From positions 60,450,001 through 60,514,000 of the forward strand of contig NC_043007.1 of the NCBI RefSeq assembly GCF_006345805.1: 64,000 bases of DNA, read 5' to 3'. The position numbers were made by a program, and so were the translations under genes. Positions 1-12,646 of the stretch are shown here, in pieces. Origin of the DNA: Octopus sinensis. Lineage: Eukaryota. The first letter of the stretch is position 1; each line of letters starts with the position of its first letter. The notes under the pieces are model-generated. The model did not search any database, was not told where the DNA came from, and saw only the letters and a list, made by a program, of their open reading frames with translations.

Positions 1-532
1 TATATGTATATATATGTGTGTATGTTTATGTATTTATATATATATGTATATATATATGTGTGTATGTATATGTATTTATATATATGTATTTATATATATG
101 TATATATATATGTGTGTATGTATTTGTATTTATATGTATATATGTATGTGTATGTATATGTATTTATATATATGTGTATGTATATGCATTTATATATAAG
201 TATATGTATATGTATTTATATATAAGTATATGTATATGTATTTATATATATGTATATATATGTGTATGTATATGTATATATATATATGTATATGTATTTA
301 TATGTATATGTATTTATGTATGTATATATATATGTATATATGTGTATGTATATGTATTTCTATATATGTTTGTGTATGTATATGTATTTCTATGTATGTA
401 TATGTATTTATATATATTTATGTATGTGTATATGTATTTATATATATTTATGTATGTGTATATGTATTTATATATATTTATGTATGTATATATGTGTGTG
501 TATATATGTGTGTGTATATATATATATATATA

Positions 533-565
<33 letters not shown>

Positions 566-570
566 CTTAT
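1..570. repeat. Compound (TA)/(TG)/(TATG) microsatellite
   Basis: Sequence is almost entirely tatatg/tgta/ta units; ORFs over it are Y/I/M/C/V low complexity. Confidence 0.95.
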
Positions 571-882
571 ATAATAAAGCTCAATGTCTGTGTATCTGTA
601 TATCTACAGGACAAAAGTGAATAGAAGATACATAAAAACAAATTATGTGTTCTCATGTAAAATTTTACGAGAAAGACGATGAGCTACATAAAATTTACTT
701 TCCATTGCGTTTAGTGGGCTTCAAGCAAGGCAAACACCAGTTGTGAAATTTCAAATACCTCCGATTTCAATGAAAATAACAACATATCTACTAGAGACTA
801 AATGAAGACGATTTCCAAAATTTCGCTATCTTACAATATTATTTACCCCACCCTCCCGATGTATATTTATATGCATGTGTAT

Positions 883-1206
883 GTCGGTGGCATGTAAAAA
901 GCGCCATCCGAATCGTGGCCGAAGCCAGTGCCGCCTCGACTGGCTTCCGTGCAGGTGGCACGTAAAATGCACCAATCCGACCGTGGCCGATGCCAGCCTC
1001 GCCTGGCACCAGTGCAGGTGGCACGTAAAAAGCACCCACTACACTCACGGAGTGGTTGGCGTTAGGAAGGGCATCCAGCTGTAGAAACATTGCCAGATAA
1101 GACCGGAGCCTGGTGCAGCCTTCTGGCTTCCCAGATCCCCGGTCGAACCGTCCAACCCATGCTAGCATGGAGAACGGACGTTAAACGATGATGATGATGA
1201 TGATGA
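883..1206 (+). mobile_element. SINE-like retroposon with (GAT)n tail and 5' subrepeats
   Basis: Two GTGGCAYGTAAAA subrepeats, then the core 'gtggcacgtaaaaagcacccactacactcacggagtggttggcgttaggaagggcatccagctgtag...ccaacccatgctagcatgg', then (GAT)n. Near-identical copies at 11604-11990 (-) and 56729-57191 (+). Confidence 0.85.
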
Positions 1207-1212
1207 TATATA

Positions 1213-1378
1213 TGTGCCAGTGGCACTCACGGAGTCGTTGGCATTAGGAAGGGCATCCAGCTGTAGAAACACTGCCAGATCAGACTGGGCCTGGTGCAGC
1301 CGCCTGGCTTCCCAGACCCCGGTTAAACTGTCCAACCCATGCTAGTATGGAAAGCGGACGTTATATGATGATGATGAT
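1213..1378 (+). mobile_element. Second, 5'-truncated copy of the same (GAT)n-tailed SINE, in tandem
   Basis: Same core and (GAT)n tail directly after the first copy. Confidence 0.8.
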
Positions 1379-1750
1379 ATATATACTTGTATATACATAT
1401 ATATATATATATATATATAAGTATGTATATGTCTATGTGTATATATATGTATGTGTGTGTGTATATATATATATGCATCTGGTTGTAAAACAATGCCTGA
1501 AATAACAAGGAAAACTAGACAAAACAAACAGAACAAATGAATGACCTTTGAAAAATGACCCCCTACTCTGCTCAAGCAGGAACCTCCAGAATAAAGATGG
1601 CCAGTTGAATGCCAGTGGGAATGCAATAAATTCAAGCACAATGTGTTACCAATCTGGATGGAGACACATTCAAGGAATTTCTTTTGTTTTATTCAATCTA
1701 AATTTTTATCATATAAATAATAATTTTTATCATTTTGTTTATTTTTCCAG

Positions 1751-1964
1751 GACAGTCCCCTGAAAGCCATACAAATGCTTTGGGTCAACTTAATTATGGA
1801 CACTTTAGCATCCCTTGCTCTTGCAACAGAGCTCCCAACTGAAGAGCTGCTGAAAAGAAAACCATATGGAAGAACAAAAGCTCTTATTTCTAGAACAATG
1901 ATGAAAAATATTATAGGTCATGCTATTTATCAATTAACTGTTATTTTTGTACTGCTGTTTGGAG
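1751..1964 (+). CDS. ATP2B/PMCA: PMCA exon, TM6-TM7: [71 protein letters not shown]
   Basis: tttttccag acceptor ends 1750; G|gtaagt donor at 1965. [20 protein letters not shown] is the PMCA TM6 signature. 214 nt, ends phase 1. Confidence 0.97.
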
Positions 1965-3553
1965 GTAAGTAACACTTTAATATACATATATATATACTCC
2001 ATATAAGTTGGGCCTATTAACATAAATAGCTTTTTATTTATACTTATAAACTCATCATCTGAAAGTCTCCATCTTTCACTCTCTCTCATTTTGTATTTAT
2101 ACATGTATACATATTTTGTATTTCATACCCAAACTAATATATTTGATGTATTGAATTTGTTTATCCACATTATTGCCTGTATATCCGCTCAACTTGATCC
2201 CTCTAATAGCCTTTCTTTATCTTTTGGAATGAACCCCTGTAAAGACATCAGAATCTAAGGTTGAATCTTTTGAGCACTACTAAGTGCCTTCTATATGGAG
2301 AATCTCTGGATTTTATCTGTGAAGTATAATATATATATATATGTGTGTGTGAAATAGATTTTTTTTCAATAATCATAATAGGGAATAAGCAAAATAAAGT
2401 TTATCTTCATACAACAGACTAATTATTTACATTTTCATAAGTAAATATTGAGGACTAATTTTTCTTATATTTTGAGATGAGATTTCCTATAAACACAGAA
2501 TCCTTTAGAGTGTAATTGTTAATATGTTTGTTAACTTGAAATTGACTATCAGTTTTATTTGATTTCACTCTATATATAAAATAGTTTCTACATTAGCCAC
2601 TAGGTTTATCTTCCCTTTTAAAAAATTTCTTCTGAAGTTACAAATTGTAATCCTTCAAACAACATAAAATTTCCAAATGACTAAGAATCAACAAGAATCA
2701 GTGCCACAAATTCTAAACCTTGTAGCCAGGCTAATCAGCATCTAGTAGTATATGATGACAGCTTCCTACAGCTCCAAAAACTACTCTTTTTCTTCTTTAT
2801 TCCTGCATGACTCCTACTGCTATGTTCCCAAGAGTAACCTTATTCCTTCTACTTTCATGTGCAACAGTGACAATACAGACACCAACGAACAGCATATGTA
2901 ATTTATATCTGTTTAATTGCACATAAATTATATTTTATAACTTAGAAGAAGAAAAACCAAACATTCTGTGGGAACTTTTGGTGAGTGGGGGGAAGGAATA
3001 GATCCTGACATGTGTGTCTTCCTGATACCAGAGACCTAGTTTCAATACTTACAACATAATGGACTCTACTAAAAGCACCTTAGAGCCAGATATGTTATGA
3101 AACCAAGTGACTGACTTAAGAATAACTACAAACTTTCCAACAGGCTTCTGCACAGTTTGTTTACCCATTCTCACTTAAAAGTCTTGGGTCAACCAAAGGC
3201 TGTTTTAGAAAACACTTGCCATGTGAGATAAAATCTATGGGATTTAGAAACAAACTTCTCAACTATATGATCATTGTGAAAAGCACCAACGGAGACTGCA
3301 GGCCTTATCACTGGAAGAAGGCTGAAACAGCATTGTAAGGAATCATTGTAAGGAATGGGAGTGATGGCAAGAGAGATTGATACTGCTCTAGTAGGGAATG
3401 ATTTAATGATAAAAAAACTATCTTTGTCACAGACTATTAAGTATAAATTTGGGCAGATTTCGGAAATAAATTTATTATGTAAACTTTTGATTTTTTATAT
3501 AATATTTTAGTTTTAAATAAATTGCTGAATTGACACCTGTTGATTTATTTTAG

Positions 3554-3771
3554 GTGCTGAAATTCTGGATATTGACAGTGGCAGAATAGAAGAGGCAGAG
3601 AAACACGCACCTCCTTCTCAGCATTTCACCATCATTTTTAACACATTTGTCATGATGACATTATTTAATGAAGTAAATTCTCGTAAAATTCATGGGCAGC
3701 GCAACATTTTATCAGGCCTTAGACGAAATCCTGTGTTTGTTGGAATTTGGGTAGGAACATTAATATCACAG
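3554..3771 (+). CDS. ATP2B/PMCA: PMCA exon, TM8 region: (G)AEILDIDSGRIEEAEKHAPPSQHFTIIFNTFVMMTLFNEVNSRKIHGQRNILSGLRRNPVFVGIWVGTLISQ
   Basis: ttattttag acceptor; CAG|gttcgt donor. HFTIIFNTFVMMTLFNE.N.RKIHG is conserved in PMCAs. Phase matches the previous exon (218 nt). Confidence 0.97.
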
Positions 3772-3929
3772 GTTCGTGTCTTATTGCATTACTTAATTTC
3801 CTTTCAGGTGTTTCCATTGGATTATCATATTTAATCAAACCCAGGATATAACAATGTACTTTTGAGGTCTTATTTAAGAATCAATTGCTATGAATTAAAT
3901 ATTATAGTTAATTGAGACAGTTGGACAGT

Positions 3930-4205
3930 GTGACCAGAGCTGGCAAGCTGAGGTGTTGCACCACACTCCAGTCTGATTTGGCATGGTTTCTACAGTTGGA
4001 CGCTCTTCCTGACGCTCATCACTTTACAGAGTGTTCTAGGTGCTTTTATATGGCACCACACGGATGCTTTTACATGGCACCACATGGGTGCTTTTGCGTG
4101 ACACCACATGGGTGCTTTTACGTAGCATCACACTAGCACTTTTACATGGCACTGCATGGGTGTTTTGCATGACACTGCATAGGCGCTTTTATGTGTCACC
4201 ACATA
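3930..4205 (-). mobile_element. Diverged (GAT)-family SINE copy with about 20-21 bp tandem subrepeats
   Basis: Reverse-complement core (tttctacagttggacgctcttcctgacgc) plus repeated tgcttttacatggcaccaca units. Confidence 0.65.
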
Positions 4206-5443
4206 AGCAGAATTTAGTATTTAGTCAGGTGACACTGCTAATAATTACAACTTATAATATTGGTGCAAGATTATTGGTATAAGTTTGTAAGGGGAGAGTT
4301 TTAACCTCAGTACATGACTCTGAGATGTACAGATATAACAAATATATCATTTGGGGTGGTTTTTTCCAGTGGAAGATGTTCTATTTTATCAACATGATGA
4401 GATTAAAAACAAAGTTCACCATGAAAAGTAACATCATTTTTGTCATGCACAACTTGAGAAATAAACCACTATCCACTTCAAAATACATGGCAGGTCATTG
4501 AAAAAGTTACAGGATAGCGTTTATCACAGGCATGGGCAACCTTTTATTGAGAAGTGAGTTGCATGAAACATGGCTCATCATCATGTGGGCTGTACTACTA
4601 AAAACATTGAAGGTCATTTTTCACTAGGCATGCTATTCAGAATGTCCCACAAGTTGCAGATTGCCCATGACTGCGCTATTACATTGCTTCAGAAAATAGC
4701 TATTTCAAAATCTATTGAAGGACACTGTATTTCTCTGGTCTTCTGAATCTAGTCATTTTCAAAGCTTTTTGTATTTTCCTTCGCAGAAGTCTTGGATCAT
4801 GCTGAATGCTTCTCTCAGTAAGTTGTTTACAGACTAAATATTTCCAGCATCCATATTAACATCATCAGAGACAATATGAGAAGTAAAGATTTTTATAAAC
4901 TAACAAAAGTATCTCCTTTGTTTTTGATGTTAATGATGTCCTCTGTCTAATCAATTTTATTTTTGTATCTTGACATTTTCAATCTACAGACATACCTTGT
5001 TGTCCAAAACATTATTAGCATTTACCTAATCACAAATAGATTTTACGTCAGTATGCTACAGCAGTTTTAAAGATTTAATTCTTTTCATTTGTCCAGATAA
5101 GATTAAAACACAATGGATCAAGATTCTTGGAGAGAAAGGTCTACAGCTGCTTGCTTTCACAATTTTCTATATCAAGCAGTGACATTTTTTTCTCAAAATA
5201 GCTTGACTGATATTAGTGATATTTTCCTCAAAATAGCTTAACTGATATTAGTGTCTTGAAAAATAATGTTATACATTGTAGACAAAGGAACACTTAATGC
5301 TGACAAACTTACAAAAATATTTAAATAGCATTGTTAATAATTGATGGAAAAAATATTTAGTAGTGGTATCTGAATGTGTAAACAATGACAAAGTTCCAGT
5401 TAATGCCAAGGTATTTTACAATTATATTTTAATGTAGCCTTAA

Positions 5444-5588
5444 CCCTTTTGTCAACATATCTCCCCTGATGTTTGGGACAAAAATTAACATGAAATTTTG
5501 ATAAATAGTTTCAATTGAGATCTCTTTAAAACAGCAAGTTTGCTGAACAGAAGCAAGAGTGGACACAATTAAGTTGGTATCAAAAGGG
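5444..5588. mobile_element. Short TTAA-type (piggyBac-like) MITE
   Basis: TTAA(5440-43)|CCCTTTTG...CAAAAGGG|TTGA(5589-92): inverted termini with a near-TTAA flank. Confidence 0.6.
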
Positions 5589-5749
5589 TTGAAATGACAT
5601 TTAATTCAAGCACTCTTTGATTGATTAACTTTTTATACAGAACAGTTTTCAATTTTCTAAATTTGAAGTTAAATGTCTCTGAGAAGAGTTTTAATGTATT
5701 CCTTTGGATTTCTATCCTCACAGTTCTTCATTCTGTTTTATCATTTCAG

Positions 5750-5857
5750 ATTATTATTATTGAATTGGGTGGGTTTGCATTCAGTACTAAGGGACTGAGT
5801 TTAGAGCAGTGGTTGTGGTGTCTTTTCTTGGGAATTGGTGCTCTTTTATGGGGACAG
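5750..5857 (+). CDS. ATP2B/PMCA: PMCA exon, TM9-TM10: IIIIELGGFAFSTKGLSLEQWLWCLFLGIGALLWGQ
   Basis: tcatttcag acceptor; CAG|gtaaga donor; 108 nt, phase 0/0. EQWLWC.F.G.G.LLWGQ is conserved in PMCAs. Confidence 0.97.
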
Positions 5858-7228
5858 GTAAGATATATTTCTCTATTTTACTTGATCAATGACTAATTAT
5901 TCCTTTTCGTTTCAGTCGTTTTTGGCAATTCAATGAATGTTAGTACTTCATATTATTCTCTCTCTCTTGCTTACACACACACACACAACATAAATATATT
6001 ATGAACTTGTAGAATCTGAAAAAAAAACCTGTTAGTCTTTTGTTGGTAAATAGTAATACACAGAGTTCAAACAGTGTATATTTTATACCAAGAGGAAGAA
6101 AAAGGTCTGTTTTTGGTAGAATTCTTCATCATAAAGAGATGAAACATTTATGTTGAAGGTTAAATTGGGAGAAGTGAGAGTGATGAATAATTATTTATCA
6201 AAGTTGGTATTAAAAAAATAATTATGGTTTTTAACTATCAATTTTCAAATAAGTATATCTTTCAGTGGCGAATAAATTTTGCTAATTGAAATAAGCTTAT
6301 GAATCTACACATTTTTGCCCTCAAGAACAAGTCAATGTAGCATAGAATTCTAAAGTTCTGGAACTGATGTATTCTTTGAAGGTATTTTGAGTTGTTGCTT
6401 GGTTATTAAAAAGATTTTGCAAGAAGTTATCAAAATACTTTTTAAAAAATTATAGTCAGTTGAAGAGAGGTGAGGTAAAGTTTCATAGACAAGTGCATTC
6501 AATTTCTACTGAATCAGTAGTGTATTTTATAGATTTATTAAGAATATTTCTCCGCTGTGTTATTTTCACTAAGATTCAAGAAATAATGATGAAGGATTCC
6601 ACTTGCTGACCACTAGTGACCATAACTTCCTTTTGATGCAGCTTTGGTTTGAGAAAGTATTTTGGTGTATCACCTTTGTCTAGCTACTACACAGAGTAAC
6701 ATTTGTTTTAGAGAATCAGATTTTTTTGTCATATGTCACAATAAAAGAAATGGATTGTTTTTCTTGCACAAAAGCAGCTCAGAGTTGACTCTGTAATGCT
6801 GATTTTTTTTTTTTTACCTTCAGTTCATGGTACCCATTTGTTGAACATTTCTTTTGATTTTCCAATATGGTGCAAATGTTGAACTACTAAATGTTTAATA
6901 ACCAATGTTTAGTTCTTCTAGAACCTCTTGAGTTGTTTTGTATGGCTTTACTTCAATAACTTCCCTCAGTTACTCATGTCAATCACAAAAGATTGTCCAC
7001 AGCATCCTTCAAGGTTCGCGCTTCCTCTACAAAAATTTTTAGGGACAATGTCAAGTTGTACATTCATTTGTAGTTCCTTCACCAAATACAGTGAGGATTA
7101 GCAACAGGAAAAGTCTCCAGCTGTACTATAATGCTTCAATAATATATTCATCTAACTCATGCTAGCATGGAAAAATGGATGTAAAGGTTAACAAGAAATT
7201 ATATATGTGACAAACTTTATGCAGTTGT

Positions 7229-7355
7229 CATTTACCAAGACTTACAAAGCATTGGTCAGTCTGAGGCTACAGTAGAAGACACTTGCCCAAGATGATGCAC
7301 AGTGAGACTAAAATTGCTAACTGAGAAGCAAACTTCTTAACACAGCTATGCCTGT
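7229..7355 (-). mobile_element. SINE with tRNA-like head (fragment)
   Basis: Reverse complement aligns by eye to 37152-37320 (gctgtg..taagaa.tttgct...cttggg.aagtg.cttctact). Confidence 0.5.
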
Positions 7356-8160
7356 ACCTTTAAAGGATATTATAAAATTAGTAATGATTACTTGCATGCA
7401 GATTTTACTTAATTTTTAATATGATCCTTTAACTGCATCCCATGGTGAAGCTCCTGCTTGGGAGTTTAGAAGTTTTGGAGAGTATGGAGTTACCCTTTAG
7501 TCATTACAATACTCAGGTTCATTCTGGCTCATGTTAGTAGTACTTGTCAAGGGCTCCAGATATGCATCAAATAGCAGAAGATGGTCCTATGGTTAAGGCC
7601 TACAGAAATCAGTGAAGTGTGCTAAAGGCATGTCACAGAGTCCCCTACCCAACCCAGTGTGTAGACGTGCCCTGATTTCATGTGAACCAACCTTTGTGCC
7701 TCGGGGGTAAGCACAAAAGAGTAGGAGACTAGAAGAGTAAATTTTAAATAAACTGACAGAAAATAATGGGCAAAAACTGATGTGTCTTTCCCAAGAAAAA
7801 TCAAAAATCTTCTGAATTTGGCATGGCAGTCTGTGATCACCAATGCTTGTAGGTATGATACATGAAGAGTGGAAGAGAGAGGTTTTCAAAAATGATTGCA
7901 AGGAAGAATTTATTCAAGATAAGGTTACTAATGACAAATAATACCTCCACAATTCCAAATGTCTGATGCTTAGCTCTGATTTCATAGAAACAACATATCA
8001 TAGGTGATTTATCTGAGGTTTGTACTTAATTTCAGGAGAGAATAAATTGAATCACAATTAAAATGCCATCTCTGGATTTGAATTCAAGGTCTTTGAGTGA
8101 TCATATGCAATTTTTAAGGGGAAGTTCTTAAATTCCAAATTTATTACTGTTTATTTTTAG

Positions 8161-8346
8161 ATTATCACCACTATTCCTACACACAAACTTCCTCATCTTT
8201 GTACATGGGGAACATCATCTGATGCACAATTGGATATGGATGCCATAGATGGAGCGAAATTAGATGCATCGCCGGAGTCAGATGACCATGTTGGTCGGCG
8301 AGGTCAAATACTTTGGGTACGTGGCCTCACAAGACTCCAACAACAG
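8161..8346 (+). CDS. ATP2B/PMCA: PMCA last common exon, N-half of the CaM-binding domain: IITTIPTHKLPHLCTWGTSSDAQLDMDAIDGAKLDASPESDDHVGRRGQILWVRGLTRLQQQ
   Basis: ttatttttag acceptor ends 8160; CAG|gtaaaa donor at 8347; 186 nt, phase 0. RRGQILW.RGL.R.Q is the PMCA CaM site, and the junction is the position of vertebrate splice site C. Confidence 0.97.
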
Positions 8347-9099
8347 GTAAAACATTTTACTTTTTTTTCTTTAATTTGTTCTCTAATATAGAGTTTTAAA
8401 ATATTTAAGTTTAATTTTTATTCTATTTTTGTAAGCTTGTAAATTATTTTAGAGTTAAAAGAAGGAAAAAAAGATATTGCATTGCATGAATTTTCATTGA
8501 GTTTTGCAATGTGAATAAAGTTTGCCTGTTCTTGAAGCTTTTAAACTAATGAGTTTTTCAATTGCTTTTCATACTAAATGAAAAATGTTTATGTAGTTAT
8601 TTTCTCAGATACTGTATTTATGTTAATTATATAGTTATTTTATAAAACAAGGATTAGTCACTTAAACTAAAAAAAAAAATAGTTTAAATATATTTTATTT
8701 TAGTTTAAATATTTACTCTTAACCTAAGAAGGAAAATATATATTTTGATAATTATTTACAATGAATATAATAAATTTCTTTACTCTGTTCTTTAAATTTC
8801 AGAACAATTCCTTCCTAATAGGTGCCCATTCTACATAGTTAGAAATTCCTGCAGATATAAGAGCAGTTATTTGAATTATTTCTCTTCAGTTTTCTGTTTA
8901 ATTAAAATTCATTATGATTAGAATTGGCAATATTTAGTAAACTTCTTGTCGGTTCCTGGCTACAGATACTTTACGATACTGTCTCCTGATTTAATTAAGG
9001 TTTACTATTTTATGTTTCTGTTTCGTTATTTTAACTCAGTTACTTGTACCTTTCAACCTCAGACTCATTTCAAATGGTTAAATTTGTGTTGTAAGCTGT

Positions 9100-9222
9100 T
9101 TTTTTTTTCCTGTTTATTTTTTTTTTCCTTCCAGGTTAACTGAAAATAATTGCTGTTCATATTTTTTTTTTCCTGTTTTATTTTTTTTCCTTCCAGGTTA
9201 ACTGAAAATAATTGCTGTTCAT
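9100..9222. repeat. About 62-bp tandem duplication containing a polypyrimidine-CAG
   Basis: ttttccttccaggttaactgaaaataattgctgttcata occurs twice (CAG at 9132-34 and 9194-96). Confidence 0.85.
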
Positions 9223-10949
9223 AACAGCAATCATGATATTCGAATTTTTTTTTTTTTTATTAAAAAATAAAATATCATTTACTATATTGTACCTAAGTAT
9301 GTGCTTGAAAGCAGGGAAGACAACAGAGGTTTCATTTTCCTTTATTTTCAGTAATTCTTAAATTACATTTTTTAAGTATTTTACTCACATTTCTTTCATT
9401 AATGTGTCAAATTTCTGTTTCCATTCAGCTCCTCTCAGATACTAATTGTCAAAATAGTTATCTTCTAAGAATTTCTTCTGTTAAATACAAATTAATACCA
9501 ATTATTTTCAATAGTATACCAAACTTACTTCAAGTTATTTTAATGTTCATGAATGCATTATTTGATAGAAAACTATGATTCTATGACTTTCATCGTCTCA
9601 TATCTTGCTATCAAATTTTATTTATTGAATTGCTTCATCACATACATATTGCTTTTTGTTGATCTTTTTTTTCTTTCATATTCCTAAATTTCAGTTTACA
9701 GAGCTGAATTCTATTTTCAGTTTGGTTTTGTATTTTTTAGATATTTTTAGTATATTGGATTAAGGACTATAGTAATTAAAACCAAATGAGTAATGATAAT
9801 TATCATTGAGGAAAAGAACTTAAGTAAAACACCAAATTCCTGGTATTTAGATTGAGTTGTTTTTCGCTTATTCTATTGTTAGTCAGGATTTCTATATATC
9901 GTGAGTAATGCTAGGTTTACAAATTCATATGTAAAGTTTGTTTATACTTCTTTATTTATGTCTTATATGTATAGTAAATTGGCTTGCATGATTCAAAATA
10001 TTTCTTTGTAAATATTACTTCAGTTAATATTTTGGCATGCAATAACTTTTTACTCCATACAGCCTACTGAAGACTCGTAAACTTCATTGATAAAAAGTGC
10101 ATTTAAAAAAAGAAGATTATTGTTATAATAGTAATAATATAAGTTTTCTTTATTTTTGGTTTCATCTGGAGGAAGTAGCTATGTCCATGACCTTCACAAA
10201 CCATCTGAGACTGGTGAGATTGATGCAATTAATGCCCCCACCTTTCTGCCACTCTTGAATAGTTGCAGATTAATAGCTGTAAAAAAAACATGTACAAGGA
10301 CAGATTTCCAGAGGGCCAACACTCTGGAGGAAAAGAAACAACCAGTTTACTTCAAGCCAATGAGGAAATAGCAGCCACTCATGTTTCCCTCAAATTCTAC
10401 CTTACTATCTTAAATTAGGAAAGGACACCCTAAACAATGTAGTCCTTGCTATATGCATATATACTCATACACAAACTTGGAGTAAACTGTCTGAAGGTGT
10501 TGTTTCTCCTTGTTTTAATAATGTTTTACATATATGAAACCTTTTTAGTTATACTTGTGATGACAAATGCCACTTTGGCAAAACTGAGTTCTAGAAGTGT
10601 TGTTTTCTGCCCACATGTAACAATAAAATTTTTCACACACCCTATCCTGACAAACCAAACTACATCTCTTCTTTTCCTCACATTTCCTCTTTTCGTGCAC
10701 CATGCCTATGCTTATCTCTAGCTTCCCAATCCTGTCTTCACTACCCTGCTCACAGTATCATCGCTATCCTATTATCCCCCTCTATATACACAGGTTTCAC
10801 CAGTTACTGCATACTCCACTCCCACATACACATACACACACTCTTTGCATTTGTGTGAAGTCTCTAGTCCCTACTCATGCACCTTTGGCAATACCCTACC
10901 ATTTATATTCTGACCTCTGTACCTTAAGGGTATGCCCTGACACTTTGCC

Positions 10950-11603
10950 ACCATCTATCTCTCTCTTGCTCTACGTTACCATTCCATTTATATTCTGATC
11001 CCCATTCCTTGGAATATGCCCTGCCACTCCACCACCATCTCTCTCTTGCACTTTCATTTTATCTATCTATCTATCTCTCTCTCTTGTTCAATCCATTTGA
11101 CTGGGTAACCGTATATCTCCTCTACAGCAGCACACCTGTTTCTGTCTTTATTTTCTCTCTGTCTGACCAGATAACCATGTATCATCTCCGCAGCAAGACA
11201 TCTGTTACTGTCTCTGTCACACACTAACCTTTCATCACCTAGCACAAGATGACCTCCTCCAATGCCCCTCACTTCTATAGGGATCTTTGTCTTGCAAATT
11301 ACTTGCTGACCCTACCATGCTGATACCATGTAAAAAGCATCCAGTCCAAACTGTAAAGTGGTTGACACTTGGAAGGACACTCTGGTGTAAAATCCATGCC
11401 AAAACTGACCTTGCCTGTGATGGTTCCACATAAAAACCAATCAGTCCATTTTGCATGATGATTGATGTTAGGAAGGGTATCCAGCTGTAAAAACTATACC
11501 AAAACAGATACTGAAGCCTAATGCAGTTTTTTGCCTAGCCAGCTCCTGTCAAATCATCCAACACATACCAGCATGGAAAGCAGATGTTAAATGATGATGA
11601 TGA
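10950..11603 (+). mobile_element. Older, long-form (GAT)-tailed SINE copy or copies; 5' boundary approximate
   Basis: Diverged core 'gttaggaagggtatccagctgtaaaaac...ccagcatggaaagcagatgttaaatgatgatgatga'; similar long form at about 34780-35112. Confidence 0.6.
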
Positions 11604-11990
11604 TCATCATCATCATCGTTTAACGTCCGCTTTCCATGCTAGCATGGGTTGGACGGTTCAACTGGGGTCTGGGAAGCCCGAAGGCAGCACCAGGCCAGTC
11701 AGATCTGGCAGAGTTTCTACAGCTGAATGCCCTTCCTAACGCCGACCACTCCGTGAGTGTAGTGGGTACTTTTTATGTGCCACCGACACAGGTGCCAGAC
11801 GAGGCTGGCGAACGGCCACTTTCGGATGGTGTTTTTTTGTGCCACCGACACAGGTGCCGGACGAGGCTGGCGAATGGCCACGCTCGGATGGTGTTTGTTA
11901 CATGCCCACAGCACGGAGGCCAGTCGATGCAGTACTGGCTACAGCCACGTTTGGATGGTTTTCTTATGTGCCACCGGCACTGGTACCACA
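11604..11990 (-). mobile_element. Young (GAT)-tailed SINE, minus strand, abutting the previous copy tail to tail
   Basis: Starts with (ATC)n and is the reverse complement of the 883-1206 core, with several 5' subrepeats. Confidence 0.85.
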
Positions 11991-12290
11991 AAAATACAAA
12001 TTCCATTGATGTTCATCGATTTTGATTTGATTTGATTTTCACTTGCCTCAACAGGTCTTCACAAGTAGAGTTATGTGTCCCAAGGATGAATAATTTCATC
12101 ACAGCCGGAGGCCAGTCGATGCAGTACTGGCTACAGACACGTTTGGATGGGTTTTCTATGTGCCACCGGCACTGGGTACCACAAAAAACAAATTCCATTG
12201 ATGTTCATCGATTTTGATTTGATTTGATTTTCACTTGCCTCAACAGGTCTTCACAAGTAGAGTTATGTGTCCCAAGGATGAATAATTTCA
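11914..12290. repeat. 192-bp-period tandem duplication (2 copies)
   Basis: 11914-12098 is repeated at 12106-12290, differing mainly by small homopolymer-type indels. Confidence 0.9.
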
Positions 12291-12646
12291 ATATGTACTT
12301 CAAATGTTAAACAGTTGATAAATATCACTCCTGAATACTGGCCTGTATTAGGTTTTATTCATAGAAGGGTTTTATCTCCACAACGAAAGCTTACAAAACA
12401 CCTGTCAATTACAGATTGTTTTGGTAATTTTAATGACAAAGAATAATTTTTTTCATGTCCTTTTTGGTGCTAATCAAATCATTTGAGTATTTCTGTGGCT
12501 GCTAAAGAAGAAACATAAGAGTGGAACATACTTCTTTTGTTTTCCAACATTAAATTCAATGAAAATAGTTACATTTCATGAGGTCATCCTACAACGCTCG
12601 TATATGAGTTGACATCTTTTATCTAATACATTATCATCAATGAGTA

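Noticed and set aside
1-624. Long ORFs such as 18-620 (200 aa), and similar ones at 16048-16375, 30596-31042, 37686-38168 and 43602-44135
   Set aside because: Translations of (TA)/(TG)/(CA) microsatellites (Y/I/M/C/V/H/T only); open only because these repeats lack stop codons.
826-1168. ORFs over SINEs (also 11636-12035 and 56662-57141)
   Set aside because: Open on both strands in GC-rich SINE subrepeats, with no protein motif; the same pseudo-peptides recur at each copy.
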